Shown piece after piece: positions 14,724 to 22,892 of a DNA stretch of 32,000 nt. Location: contig NC_016803.1 in NCBI RefSeq assembly GCF_000189295.2, positions 3,450,001 to 3,482,000 on the forward strand, read 5' to 3'. The DNA comes from Pseudodesulfovibrio mercurii (lineage in GTDB: Bacteria > Desulfobacterota > Desulfovibrionia > Desulfovibrionales > Desulfovibrionaceae). The position numbers and the translations under genes were made by a program. The notes under the pieces are model-generated. The model had not been told where the DNA came from and searched no databases. It saw only the letters and a program-made list of their open reading frames with translations. Position 1 is the stretch's first letter. The number at the start of each line of letters is the position of its first letter.

Positions 14724-15524
14724 ATGCAATCCATGGAAATTCCGCTCGTCCTGTTCACCGTGTTCTCCCAGGCGGCCATCGGCCTGACCCTGATGCGCGT
14801 GGTCCGCACCACGGCCGACGGGGACGGGGCCGAGTCCGGCGACGCCCGCAGCGAATGGCGGCTCATCGCCGGGCTCATGATCCTGGGCATGTTCGGCTCC
14901 CTGTTCCACCTGGGCCATCCCCTGTCCGCGCCCACGGCCCTCAAGCACCTGGGCACGGCCTGGCTCAGCCGCGAGGTCTTGTTCGCCGGGCTGTTCACCG
15001 GCGTGACCGTGCTGGCCGTGCTCCTGGCGGGCAAGGCGGGCAGGCCCGTGCTGGCCTGGCTCGGCACGCTGCTCGGCCTGGGCGTCATCGTGTCAGCGGG
15101 CATGACCTACGCGCCACCGGCCCTGCCCGCCCTGAACAACGCCCTGCCGTTCAGCTTCTTCCTGACCTCGGCCGTGATCCTCGGCTCGGGCTTCGGCAGC
15201 TGGTTCGCGGGCAGCGAGCGCGCCCCGCTCATGACCCGCATCTTCACCACGGCCCTGGTGGTCGGCCTGGTCCTGAACCTGGTCGCCCCGTGCGTCTGGC
15301 TGTCGGGCGGCGCGGTCATGCGCATGACCGCCCAGGCCTGGCTGGGCTCGGGCTTCTATTGGGCGCACGTGGCCGTGCTGATCGCCTGCCTGGGCGTGGT
15401 CTGGAAGTTCCGGACCATCCCGGCCGGGCTGCCGCTCCTGGCCCTGCTCGGCGAACTGGCCGGACGCGCCGGGTTCTTCGCCGACACCATCCACGCCGCC
15501 GCCAACATGGGCGGCCTGTACTAG
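14724..15524 (+). CDS. DmsC-type membrane anchor subunit
   Basis: ATG 14724 follows AGGAGG, within ORF 14433..15524. The sequence MQSMEIPLVLFTVFSQAAIGL... is a polytopic hydrophobic protein of about 266 aa, matching the DmsC N-terminal pattern. Confidence 0.8.
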   Translation: MQSMEIPLVLFTVFSQAAIGLTLMRVVRTTADGDGAESGDARSEWRLIAGLMILGMFGSLFHLGHPLSAPTALKHLGTAWLSREVLFAGLFTGVTVLAVLLAGKAGRPVLAWLGTLLGLGVIVSAGMTYAPPALPALNNALPFSFFLTSAVILGSGFGSWFAGSERAPLMTRIFTTALVVGLVLNLVAPCVWLSGGAVMRMTAQAWLGSGFYWAHVAVLIACLGVVWKFRTIPAGLPLLALLGELAGRAGFFADTIHAAANMGGLY

Positions 15525-15537
15525 CAACCTCCACACC

Positions 15538-15561
15538 GGGCGGGACTTGCCGGTCCCGCCC
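15538..15561 (+). terminator. GC hairpin after the dms-like operon
   Basis: GGGCGGGAC-TTGCCG-GTCCCGCCC (9-bp perfect stem) 14 nt after the stop. No U-tract follows. Confidence 0.4.
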
Positions 15562-15600
15562 GCATCCTCTCGGCCGGAGCGGGTCCTCCTTCCCCCCGGC

Positions 15601-15637
15601 GACAAAACGCCCCGCAGCGAAGATTCGCTGCGGGGCG
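15601..15637 (-). terminator. Rho-independent terminator of the sigma-54 activator gene (possibly bidirectional)
   Basis: CGCCCCGCAGCGAA-GA-TTCGCTGCGGGGCG (14-bp perfect stem). On the minus strand TTTTGTC follows it. It lies 26 nt past the stop at 15663. Confidence 0.7.
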
Positions 15638-15662
15638 CCGTTGTTCGGAATCGGGAGAGGGG

Positions 15663-17732
15663 TCAGCCCTCGATGTGGTAGCGCTCCATCTTGGCGTACA
15701 GGGTGTTGCGCCCGATGCCCAGCGCCTTGGCCGTCTTGCTGATGTTCCCGTCGTGGAAGTCCAGGGCCTCGCGGATGGCGTTGGCCTCGCGCTGCTTGAG
15801 CAGGAAGCCCTTGCCCTTGGCGTGCCCGTTGCCGGAGACGGCCTTGCCGCTGGTCCGTTCCAGGAGGTAGTGGGGCAGGTGCTCGGGCAGGAGCAGGTCC
15901 CCGGTCAGGTTGTTGGCCGCGTACTCCAGGCAGTTGATCAGCTCGCGGACGTTGCCGGGCCATTCGTGGCCGGCGAGCAGCTCCCTGGTCTCGGCGGCGA
16001 TGGCCGGGCAGGGGATGCCGAAGGAGTCGCACAGCCGCCTCAGGTGGTACTCGGCCAGCAGGGTCACGTCGTTGCCGCGCTCCCGCAGGGGCGGGATGGC
16101 GATGGTGACCACGTTGAGCCGGTAGTAGAGGTCCTCGCGGAACCGCCCCTGGTCCACCAGCTCGCGCAGGTTCTTGTTGGTGGCGGCCAGGATCTTCACG
16201 TCCACGGGCAGGGGGCTGGTGCCGCCCACCGGGACCACGGCCCGCTCCTCCAGGGCCCGGAGCAGATTGACCTGCTGGGACATGGGCATTTCGGAGATTT
16301 CGTCCAGGAAGAGCACGCCCTTGTCCGCCTTCTGGAACTTGCCCACCCGGCCGCGCTTGACCGCGCCGGTGAAGGCGCCCTCGCGGTAGCCGAACAGCTC
16401 GCTCTGGACCAGCTCCTCGGAGAACGCGCCGCAGTTGACGGCCACGAAGGGCTGTTTGGCCCTGGGACCGGCCTGGTGGATGCCCCGTGCGAACAGCTCC
16501 TTGCCGGTGCCGGACTCGCCGGTCAGCAGGATCGTGGACGGGGTCCGGGCTGCGTTGGCCGCCTGGCGGATGACCTGACGCATGGCCGAGCTGCCGTGGA
16601 GCACGTGCTCGAAGCCCTTGACCTCCTCGGGCTCCGCAGGCTTGCGGGGCGAGGCGGCCGGACCCGTGGTGAACTGCCTGGAGCGCTGGGTCTCGCTGAC
16701 CGTGACGATGGTGTCCAGCCACGCGCCGCTGGCGCTGAAGGTCGGCATGACCCGGATGTACAGGCCGGGGTTGACCAGGCACTTGACGATGACCGGCTCG
16801 CACAGGGAGGCGTTCTTGGCCTGGGCCAGGTACGGACCCATGTCGAAGAGTTCCTCGGCCTTGCGGCCGCGCAGGGCGCCGCCGGGACGGCACAGGAGCA
16901 GCTCGGCGGTGTTGTTGGCGCTGGTGATCCTGCCGGACTTGTTCAGGAACAGCACGCCGGTCATGACCGAGTTGAACATGGAGGAGAACAGGGAGGCCAT
17001 CTGGCCTTCGAGTTCGGAACAATAGAGGCGGCTCAGGTTCTGTTCCAGGGCGCGGGCCGCGTGCAGGACCAGGTCCATGGCGCCCGAGTGGTCGGACGAG
17101 GTCGGACCGGAGACGTCGAAGCAACCCCAGACGTTGCCGCGCGGGTCCAGGATCGGAGCGGCGGTGCAGTTCCAGCTGTGGTGGGACTCGCAGAAGTGCT
17201 CCGAGGCGAAAACCTGCATGGGGCGACCCGTGGCCAGGGCGGTGCCGATGGCGTTGGTGCCCACGCAGGACTCGGACCAGTTGGCGCCGGGGCCGAAGTT
17301 CAGCTTGTCCGCCTCGCGCAGGACGTCCATGTCGCCGCAGGTGCGGGCCACGCGGGCGTCGGCGTTGACGATGGTCATGAGCAGCCCCTTGCCCTTGATG
17401 ACCTCGTAGGCCGTGGATTCGACCTCGCCGCAGATCTTTTCCAGGGTGGTGGTGAACTGCTCCAGCTGGTTCATGGGCAGAAAGTCCCAGCAGCTGCGCG
17501 GGGCCGGATCAACGGCCATGTCCTTGCAGCGTTGCCAGGAGTCCAGCAGGGCCCGGTCCACGTTTTTGTTTTTCAGGCGTTTGCCTTCGACGAACTGTTT
17601 CCAGTTCGAGTAACTCAGTTGGGCGTTCCGCTGTTTATGGGCGCAGGATATGGGCAGCGTCACCGCCGCATCCGGCGCGTGCGGGTCCCGTCGTATTTCG
17701 AATCCGTTTCCATCTCTGAGGAGCAGGTGCAT
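15663..17732 (-). CDS. acoR: Sigma-54-dependent transcriptional activator, AcoR type (GAF-like sensor, PAS, AAA+ and Fis HTH domains)
   Basis: 689 aa. The N-terminus has AcoR-like GAF sequence (SWQRC...GTNAIGTALATGRPMQV...EHFCESHHSWNCTAAPI). The AAA+ core carries GESGTGKELFARGIH and the GAFTGA motif. The C-terminal HTH is ISKTAKALGIGRNTLYAKM. The gene is divergent from an operon that carries a -24/-12 promoter. Confidence 0.9.
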   Translation of the reverse strand: MHLLLRDGNGFEIRRDPHAPDAAVTLPISCAHKQRNAQLSYSNWKQFVEGKRLKNKNVDRALLDSWQRCKDMAVDPAPRSCWDFLPMNQLEQFTTTLEKICGEVESTAYEVIKGKGLLMTIVNADARVARTCGDMDVLREADKLNFGPGANWSESCVGTNAIGTALATGRPMQVFASEHFCESHHSWNCTAAPILDPRGNVWGCFDVSGPTSSDHSGAMDLVLHAARALEQNLSRLYCSELEGQMASLFSSMFNSVMTGVLFLNKSGRITSANNTAELLLCRPGGALRGRKAEELFDMGPYLAQAKNASLCEPVIVKCLVNPGLYIRVMPTFSASGAWLDTIVTVSETQRSRQFTTGPAASPRKPAEPEEVKGFEHVLHGSSAMRQVIRQAANAARTPSTILLTGESGTGKELFARGIHQAGPRAKQPFVAVNCGAFSEELVQSELFGYREGAFTGAVKRGRVGKFQKADKGVLFLDEISEMPMSQQVNLLRALEERAVVPVGGTSPLPVDVKILAATNKNLRELVDQGRFREDLYYRLNVVTIAIPPLRERGNDVTLLAEYHLRRLCDSFGIPCPAIAAETRELLAGHEWPGNVRELINCLEYAANNLTGDLLLPEHLPHYLLERTSGKAVSGNGHAKGKGFLLKQREANAIREALDFHDGNISKTAKALGIGRNTLYAKMERYHIEG

Positions 17733-17805
17733 GCCTTACCTCCGGACTGACACAAGAAATCTTTATGACCGCATGGTTTTTGTCCTCCAAGGGTAAAAAA
17801 CTGTC

Positions 17806-17828
17806 AAGTGTTCGATTTTTGAACGCTT
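17806..17828. promoter_or_regulatory. Candidate enhancer (UAS) site A: AAGTGTTCGATTTTTGAACGCTT (GTTC-N7-GAAC inverted repeat)
   Basis: A near-palindrome about 200 nt upstream of the predicted sigma-54 transcription start. It shares the GTTC-N7-GAAC core with site B. Confidence 0.4.
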
Positions 17829-17908
17829 CCAGGGAGCCAAAATAAGGATTAAGTTTTTTAAATCAGCGTGATGCGGTGTACTGGACAGGTTGGCGGAGAA
17901 AGGCCTCC

Positions 17909-17931
17909 AGTTGTTCATCCACCGAACACTT
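17909..17931. promoter_or_regulatory. Candidate enhancer (UAS) site B: AGTTGTTCATCCACCGAACACTT (GTTC-N7-GAAC)
   Basis: It has the same core and spacing as site A. CGAACACTT here is the exact reverse complement of AAGTGTTCG in site A. It lies about 95 nt upstream of the predicted start. Confidence 0.4.
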
Positions 17932-17990
17932 AGCCGGTACATACAGTAATATATACTGTTATCCGGCTTGAATCATTGACCTATGCCGCT

Positions 17991-18006
17991 TGGCACCAGC
18001 GTTGCA
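17991..18006 (+). promoter_or_regulatory. Sigma-54 (-24/-12) promoter TGGCAC-CAGCG-TTGCA
   Basis: An exact match to the TGGCAC-N5-TTGC consensus, 45 nt upstream of the E2 ATG and facing the operon. A sigma-54 activator gene is adjacent. Confidence 0.85.
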
Positions 18007-18050
18007 ATCCCTCCGGCAACGTATGCAAAAAAAACCAGGAGGACTTGGTT

Positions 18051-19388
18051 ATGGCTCATGATGTGATTATGCCCAAGTGGGGCCTGACCATGAAAGAAGG
18101 TAAGGTCGCACGCTGGCTCAAGGGCGAAGGGGACCCGGTCGAAGCCGGGGAGCCTCTGTTCGAAGTCGAGACCGACAAGATCACCAACTCGGTCGAGGCG
18201 CCCGCCAGCGGCGTCCTGGCCAAAATCATCGTCCCCGAGGGGGACGTGGCCCCGATCCAGGCCGTTTTGGCCATCATCGCCGCCCCGGGCGAAGCCGTCG
18301 ATGCGTCGGCTCCCGCCGGTGCGGCCAAACCCGCGGCCGAAGCGGCCCCCGCCGCCGCTGCCGACAAGCCCGCCGCCGCTGCCCCGGCCGGGGACGGCAA
18401 GTTCGTTCCGGCCATGCCCGCAGCGCGCAAGCTGGCCAAGGAACTGGGCGTGGACCTGTCCACGGTGACCGGTACCGGCAAGGACGGCAAGATCACCGCC
18501 AAGGACGTCCAGGACGCCGCTGATTCCGCCTACGCCGGGATCAACGCCAGCCCCAAGACCATTGACTTCGCCCGCAAGCAGGGCGTGGACCTCAGCCAGG
18601 TGACCGGCACCGGCGAGGACGGCAAGATCACCAAGGCGGACATCCTGCGGGCCATGAACCCGTCGGCCGCCCAGCCCGCCGCCGGGCCTGCGCCCGCCAA
18701 GGACACCATCGTGCCCATGGAAGGCGTGCGCAAGCTCGTCGCGGACAACATGCAGGCCAGCCTGCAGAACGCGGCCCAGCTGACCGTGTTCGTCGAGCTC
18801 GACGTCACCGAGATGGTCGGCCTGCGCGCCAAGCTGCTCGAGCGCAACAAGCGCAACGCGGACTACCGTGTGTCGTACAACGACATCATCGCCTACGCCG
18901 TGTGCCGCGCACTGAAGCGTCACCCGGTCATGAACTCCACCCTCCAGGCGGACGGCATCCATCTGCATCCGCACGTCAATCTCGGCATCGCCGTGTCCAT
19001 CGACAAGGGGCTCATCGTGCCCAACGTCAAGGAAGCGGACACCTTCGGCCTGGAAGAACTCAAGGACAAGGTTCGCGACGCGGCCGGTCGGGCTCGCAAG
19101 GGCGGCCTGAACATGGACGAGATCACGGGCGGCACCTTCACCATCAGCAACGTGAGCATGCTCGGCGTGGACGGTTTCACGCCCATCCTCAATCCGCCGG
19201 AGACCGGCATCCTGGGCGTCGGCCGCATCGTCGAGAAGCCCGCGGTGCACAACGGCGAGATCGTCGCGCGCCAGATGATGACCCTGTCCCTGACCTTCAA
19301 CCATATGACCACGGATGGGGCTCCGGCCATGGCCTTCCTGCGCGAGCTGGGAGACATGCTGGAAATGCCCGGCCTGATGATCGTCTAG
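18051..19388 (+). CDS. acoC: Dihydrolipoamide acyltransferase (E2) of an acetoin/2-oxo acid dehydrogenase complex
   Basis: ATG 18051 follows AGGAGG. The lipoyl domain carries EVETDKITNSVEAP. There are Ala/Pro linkers and two peripheral-subunit-binding-like repeats (PAARKLAKELGVDLSTVTGTGKDGKITAKDV and DFARKQGVDLSQVTGTGEDGKITKADI). The catalytic domain ends ...SLTFNHMTTDGAPAMAFL. Confidence 0.9.
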   Translation: MAHDVIMPKWGLTMKEGKVARWLKGEGDPVEAGEPLFEVETDKITNSVEAPASGVLAKIIVPEGDVAPIQAVLAIIAAPGEAVDASAPAGAAKPAAEAAPAAAADKPAAAAPAGDGKFVPAMPAARKLAKELGVDLSTVTGTGKDGKITAKDVQDAADSAYAGINASPKTIDFARKQGVDLSQVTGTGEDGKITKADILRAMNPSAAQPAAGPAPAKDTIVPMEGVRKLVADNMQASLQNAAQLTVFVELDVTEMVGLRAKLLERNKRNADYRVSYNDIIAYAVCRALKRHPVMNSTLQADGIHLHPHVNLGIAVSIDKGLIVPNVKEADTFGLEELKDKVRDAAGRARKGGLNMDEITGGTFTISNVSMLGVDGFTPILNPPETGILGVGRIVEKPAVHNGEIVARQMMTLSLTFNHMTTDGAPAMAFLRELGDMLEMPGLMIV

Positions 19389-19398
19389 GGGGCACCCC

Positions 19399-19824
19399 AT
19401 GGCGCTGAAACGGTTTGCTATCGAACTCGGCTATGCCGCCGACCTGCACGGCGAGGACATGACCAAGGCCGCCGTCAGGGCGGTGCGCGACGCCGTGTCC
19501 CGCATATGCCTGTGCGGCATCGTGGAGATCTGCGGCCGTGATCAATTCCAGGGTGTGCACGTCCACGCGGACGTGGCCGTTCCGAATCCCGACGGCGTGG
19601 ACCGCGACGCGGTGCTCGCCTGCATCCCCATCGGCGAAAAGACCCTGACCGTGGTCCCCGGCGGCATGAGCGTGCCGGGCATCGAGGTCCCCTGTTTCGC
19701 CCCGGGCGTGAGCAACATCGTCGCGGCCTGTGCGGCCCTGACCGTCTCCATCGAGACGGACCTGGCCGCGGGAGCGGATGGATCGAAAAACCAGGCCTGC
19801 GGATGCGCCGCCAAGGCCAAATAA
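19399..19824 (+). CDS. Lin0512-family protein (uncharacterised conserved family)
   Basis: 141 aa. The N-terminus FAIELGYAADLHGEDMTKAAVRAVRDAV fits the family signature GxGxDxHG as I remember it (GYAADLHG, one Gly replaced by Ala). It is tightly packed between the E2 and E1 alpha genes, with gaps of 10 and 18 nt. Confidence 0.6.
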   Translation: MALKRFAIELGYAADLHGEDMTKAAVRAVRDAVSRICLCGIVEICGRDQFQGVHVHADVAVPNPDGVDRDAVLACIPIGEKTLTVVPGGMSVPGIEVPCFAPGVSNIVAACAALTVSIETDLAAGADGSKNQACGCAAKAK

Positions 19825-19842
19825 CCTACAGGAGAGAAAGCA

Positions 19843-20802
19843 ATGGCTCTCAGCAAGAAGACATTGGTTCACATGTACGAAACCATGAACAAAATTCGTT
19901 TGTTCGAGCAGAAGCTCCAGGAATTCTTCGCCGCCGGCGAGATTCCGGGTTTCGTGCACCTCTATATCGGTGAGGAAGCCGTGGCCACCGGCGCCTGCTC
20001 GGCCCTGACCGACGCGGACATGATCACCTCCACCCACCGCGGCCACGGCCACCTGCTGGCCAAGGGCGGCGACCTGAAGCTGATGATGGCCGAAATCTTC
20101 GGCCGCTCCACCGGCTACTGCAAGGGCAAGGGCGGCTCCATGCACATCGCGGACCTCAACCTCGGCATCCTCGGCGCCAACGGCATCGTGGGCGGCGGCG
20201 GTCCCCTGGCCGTGGGCTCGGCCCTGGCCTCGAAATACAAGCAGACCAAGGACGTGACCGTCTGCTTCTTCGGCGACGGCGCCTCCAACCAGGGCACCAC
20301 CCAGGAAGCCCTGAACGCGGCCTCCGCCTGGAAGCTGCCCCTGGTCTTCGTCAACGAGAACAACGGCTACGGCATCTCCTGCCCGCAGTGCAAGTCCATG
20401 GCCGTGGTCGACATCGCCGACCGCGCCGCCGCCTATGACATGCCCGGCGTGGTGGTGGACGGCAACGACGTGCTGGCCGTGTACGAGGCCGTCACCGAGG
20501 CCGTCAAGCGCGCCCGCAAGGGCGAGGGCCCCTCGCTCATCGAGTGCAAGACCTACCGCTGGCGCGGCCACTTCGAGGGCGACGCCTGCACCTACCGCTG
20601 CACCGAGGAACTGGAAGAGTGGATGGCCAAGGATCCCATCCCCCGGTTCGAGGCCAAGCTTGTCGAGGGCAAGACCCTGACTCAGAACGAAGCGGACAAG
20701 ATCAAGGAAAGCATCGCCAAGGACATCGACGAAGCCGTGGCCTTCGCCAAGGAAAGCCCGATGCCCAAGACCAGCGCGCTCATGGACGACGTCTACGCCT
20801 AG
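19843..20802 (+). CDS. acoA: TPP-dependent acetoin dehydrogenase E1 component, alpha subunit
   Basis: 319 aa. It closely resembles AcoA-type E1 alpha sequences (PGFVHLYIGEEAVATG, TSTHRGHGHLLAKGGDL, MAEIFGRSTGYCKGKGGSMHIAD, CFFGDGASNQG, VFVNENNGYGIS). Confidence 0.92.
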   Translation: MALSKKTLVHMYETMNKIRLFEQKLQEFFAAGEIPGFVHLYIGEEAVATGACSALTDADMITSTHRGHGHLLAKGGDLKLMMAEIFGRSTGYCKGKGGSMHIADLNLGILGANGIVGGGGPLAVGSALASKYKQTKDVTVCFFGDGASNQGTTQEALNAASAWKLPLVFVNENNGYGISCPQCKSMAVVDIADRAAAYDMPGVVVDGNDVLAVYEAVTEAVKRARKGEGPSLIECKTYRWRGHFEGDACTYRCTEELEEWMAKDPIPRFEAKLVEGKTLTQNEADKIKESIAKDIDEAVAFAKESPMPKTSALMDDVYA

Positions 20803-20850
20803 GCGGCGATTCACCTTTCTCGAATCCTTAAAAATTCAATGGAGAGTACA

Positions 20851-21822
20851 ATGTCCGAAAAAACATATCTTCAGGCACTCAATGAAGCTTTGAAGTCGGA
20901 AATGGAGCGCGACGAGAACGTCTTCATTCTCGGCGAGGACGTGGGACGGTTCGGCGGTTGCTTCGGCGTCACCCAGGGTCTGTTCGACCAGTTCGGCGAG
21001 CGGCGGGTCATGGACACCCCGATCACCGAGAGCACCATCGTCGGCGCCGCCGCCGGTGCGGCCGCTGCCGGTCTGCGGCCCGTGGCCGAGCTGATGTTCG
21101 TGGACTTCATCGGCGTGGCCATGGACCAGCTGTTCAACCAGGCCGCCAAGATGCGCTTCATGTTCGGCGGCAAGACCACCGTTCCCATGACCCTGCGCAT
21201 GCCTCAGGGCGCGGGCATCGGCGCCGCGGCGCAGCACTCCCAGTCCCTGGAGTCCTGGTTCATGAACATCCCGGGCCTCAAGGTCGTCATCCCTTCCACC
21301 CCCTATGACGCCAAGGGCCTGCTGATCAGCGCCATCCGCGACGACAACCCGGTTGTCTTCCTGGAGCACAAGCTGCTCTACGGCATGTCCGGCGAGGTCC
21401 CGGACGAGAGCTACACCATCGAGCTCGGCAAGGGCGAGATCAAGCGCGAGGGCGCGGACGTGACCATCGTGGCCACCTCCCTCATGGTCAACTCCGCCCT
21501 GGAGGCGGCCGAACGTCTGAAGGCCGACGGCATCGACGCCGAGGTCGTGGACCCGCGCTGCCTGCTGCCGCTGGACAAGGACATCATCCTTGACTCCGTG
21601 AAGAAGACCCACGCCCTGGTCGTGGCCCACGAGGCCGTGCAGTTCGCCGGTCCCGGCGCCGAGATCGCGGCCATGGTCGCCGAAGAGGCCCTGGACTACC
21701 TGGATGCCCCCATCAAGCGCGTGGGCGCCCCGTTCTGCCCGGTGCCGTTCTCTCCGCCGCTGGAGCAGTTCTACATCCCCAACGCGGACAACATCGTCGA
21801 AGCCGTCAAGAGTCTTCGCTAA
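20851..21822 (+). CDS. acoB: Acetoin dehydrogenase E1 component, beta subunit
   Basis: Within ORF 20839..21822. The ATG at 20851 follows GGAGAG; 20839 is an alternative start. Transketolase-like pyrimidine-binding and C-terminal domains are present (VFILGEDVGRFGGCFGVTQGL, RVMDTPITES, VVIPSTPYDAKGLL). Confidence 0.92.
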   Translation: MSEKTYLQALNEALKSEMERDENVFILGEDVGRFGGCFGVTQGLFDQFGERRVMDTPITESTIVGAAAGAAAAGLRPVAELMFVDFIGVAMDQLFNQAAKMRFMFGGKTTVPMTLRMPQGAGIGAAAQHSQSLESWFMNIPGLKVVIPSTPYDAKGLLISAIRDDNPVVFLEHKLLYGMSGEVPDESYTIELGKGEIKREGADVTIVATSLMVNSALEAAERLKADGIDAEVVDPRCLLPLDKDIILDSVKKTHALVVAHEAVQFAGPGAEIAAMVAEEALDYLDAPIKRVGAPFCPVPFSPPLEQFYIPNADNIVEAVKSLR

Positions 21823-21833
21823 TCCCATAGCCT

Positions 21834-21866
21834 GGCGGGAGGGCGGCTTCGGCCGCTCTCCCCGCC
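21834..21866 (+). other. Intercistronic GC-rich stem-loop with a TTCG (UUCG) tetraloop between acoB and acoX
   Basis: GGCGGGAGGGCGGC-TTCG-GCCGCTCTCCCCGCC. The stem is imperfect but long. It lies in the only sizeable gap (65 nt) inside the operon. Confidence 0.45.
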
Positions 21867-21887
21867 GCATTTCATGAGGGCGCCCCA

Positions 21888-22877
21888 TTGAGCATCGCAG
21901 CCATTCTGGCCAATCCCGCTTCCGGCAAGGACATCCGTCGCCTGGTGGCCCACGGGTCTGTTTTCGACAACCAGGAAAAAGTGCGTATGGTCAGGCGGCT
22001 CATTCTCGGCCTGGAAAAGGCCGGAGTGACCAAGATTCTGTACATGCCCGACGGGTACGCCATCGTGCCGAGGGCCCTCAACGCCATCTCCCCTTCCATC
22101 CCCGTGGAGCCGGTGGAAATGCCCATCCGCAACAACCAGACCGACACCACCATCGCGGCGGGCATCATGGAAACCCTCGGCGCAAAGTGCCTCGTCATCC
22201 TCGGCGGCGACGGCACCAGCCGGGCGGCCTGCAAAGGTTCGACAGCCATTCCCGTTCTGCCGCTCTCCACGGGGACAAACAACGTCTTCCCCATCATGGG
22301 GGAGGCCACCGTGGCCGGGCTGGCCGCCGGCCTGGTGGCCAGCGGTCGCCTGCCGGTGGAGTCCTGCTGCTACCGGTCCTGCAGGCTCGACATCCTGATC
22401 AACAACGAGGTCGTGGACATGGCCCTGGTGGACGCGGCCGTGTACGAGGACGTCTTTCTCGCCTCCAAGGCCGTGTGGCACATGGACAAGGTCCCCCAGC
22501 TGTTCATGACCCGGTGCAGCGCCGGGTCCATCGGACTGTCCGCCATCGGCGGCCAGCTGCGCTCCATCAGCCCGGAGGAGCCCGTCGGCCTGGCCCTGCG
22601 GCTGGGCGCCGGGTCCCCGGTGGTGGTCACGGCGGCCATCGCGCCGGGCATGTTCGCCGACGTGCCCATCTGCGGCATCTCCGAGATGGCCCCCGGCCAG
22701 ATATTTCCCATCGAGACCAGCCCCGGACTCATCGCCCTGGACGGCGAACGCGAGGTTGAGATACACAGCGGGTCCAGGGCAGCCATCCGTCTGAACACCG
22801 AAGGCCCCATGGTCATCGACGTGGACAAAACCATGGCCCTGGCCAGGACCGAGGGGCTGTTCCGTCAACCGTCATAA
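21888..22877 (+). CDS. acoX: ATP-NAD kinase-family protein, AcoX type
   Basis: 329 aa with a TTG start after GAGGG. It carries NAD-kinase/diacylglycerol-kinase-like motifs (ILANPASGKD, VILGGDGTSR, LSTGTNNVF). An acoX gene accompanies acoABC in known acetoin operons. Confidence 0.8.
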   Translation: MSIAAILANPASGKDIRRLVAHGSVFDNQEKVRMVRRLILGLEKAGVTKILYMPDGYAIVPRALNAISPSIPVEPVEMPIRNNQTDTTIAAGIMETLGAKCLVILGGDGTSRAACKGSTAIPVLPLSTGTNNVFPIMGEATVAGLAAGLVASGRLPVESCCYRSCRLDILINNEVVDMALVDAAVYEDVFLASKAVWHMDKVPQLFMTRCSAGSIGLSAIGGQLRSISPEEPVGLALRLGAGSPVVVTAAIAPGMFADVPICGISEMAPGQIFPIETSPGLIALDGEREVEIHSGSRAAIRLNTEGPMVIDVDKTMALARTEGLFRQPS

Positions 22878-22892
22878 TCGCAAGGAGCAATC

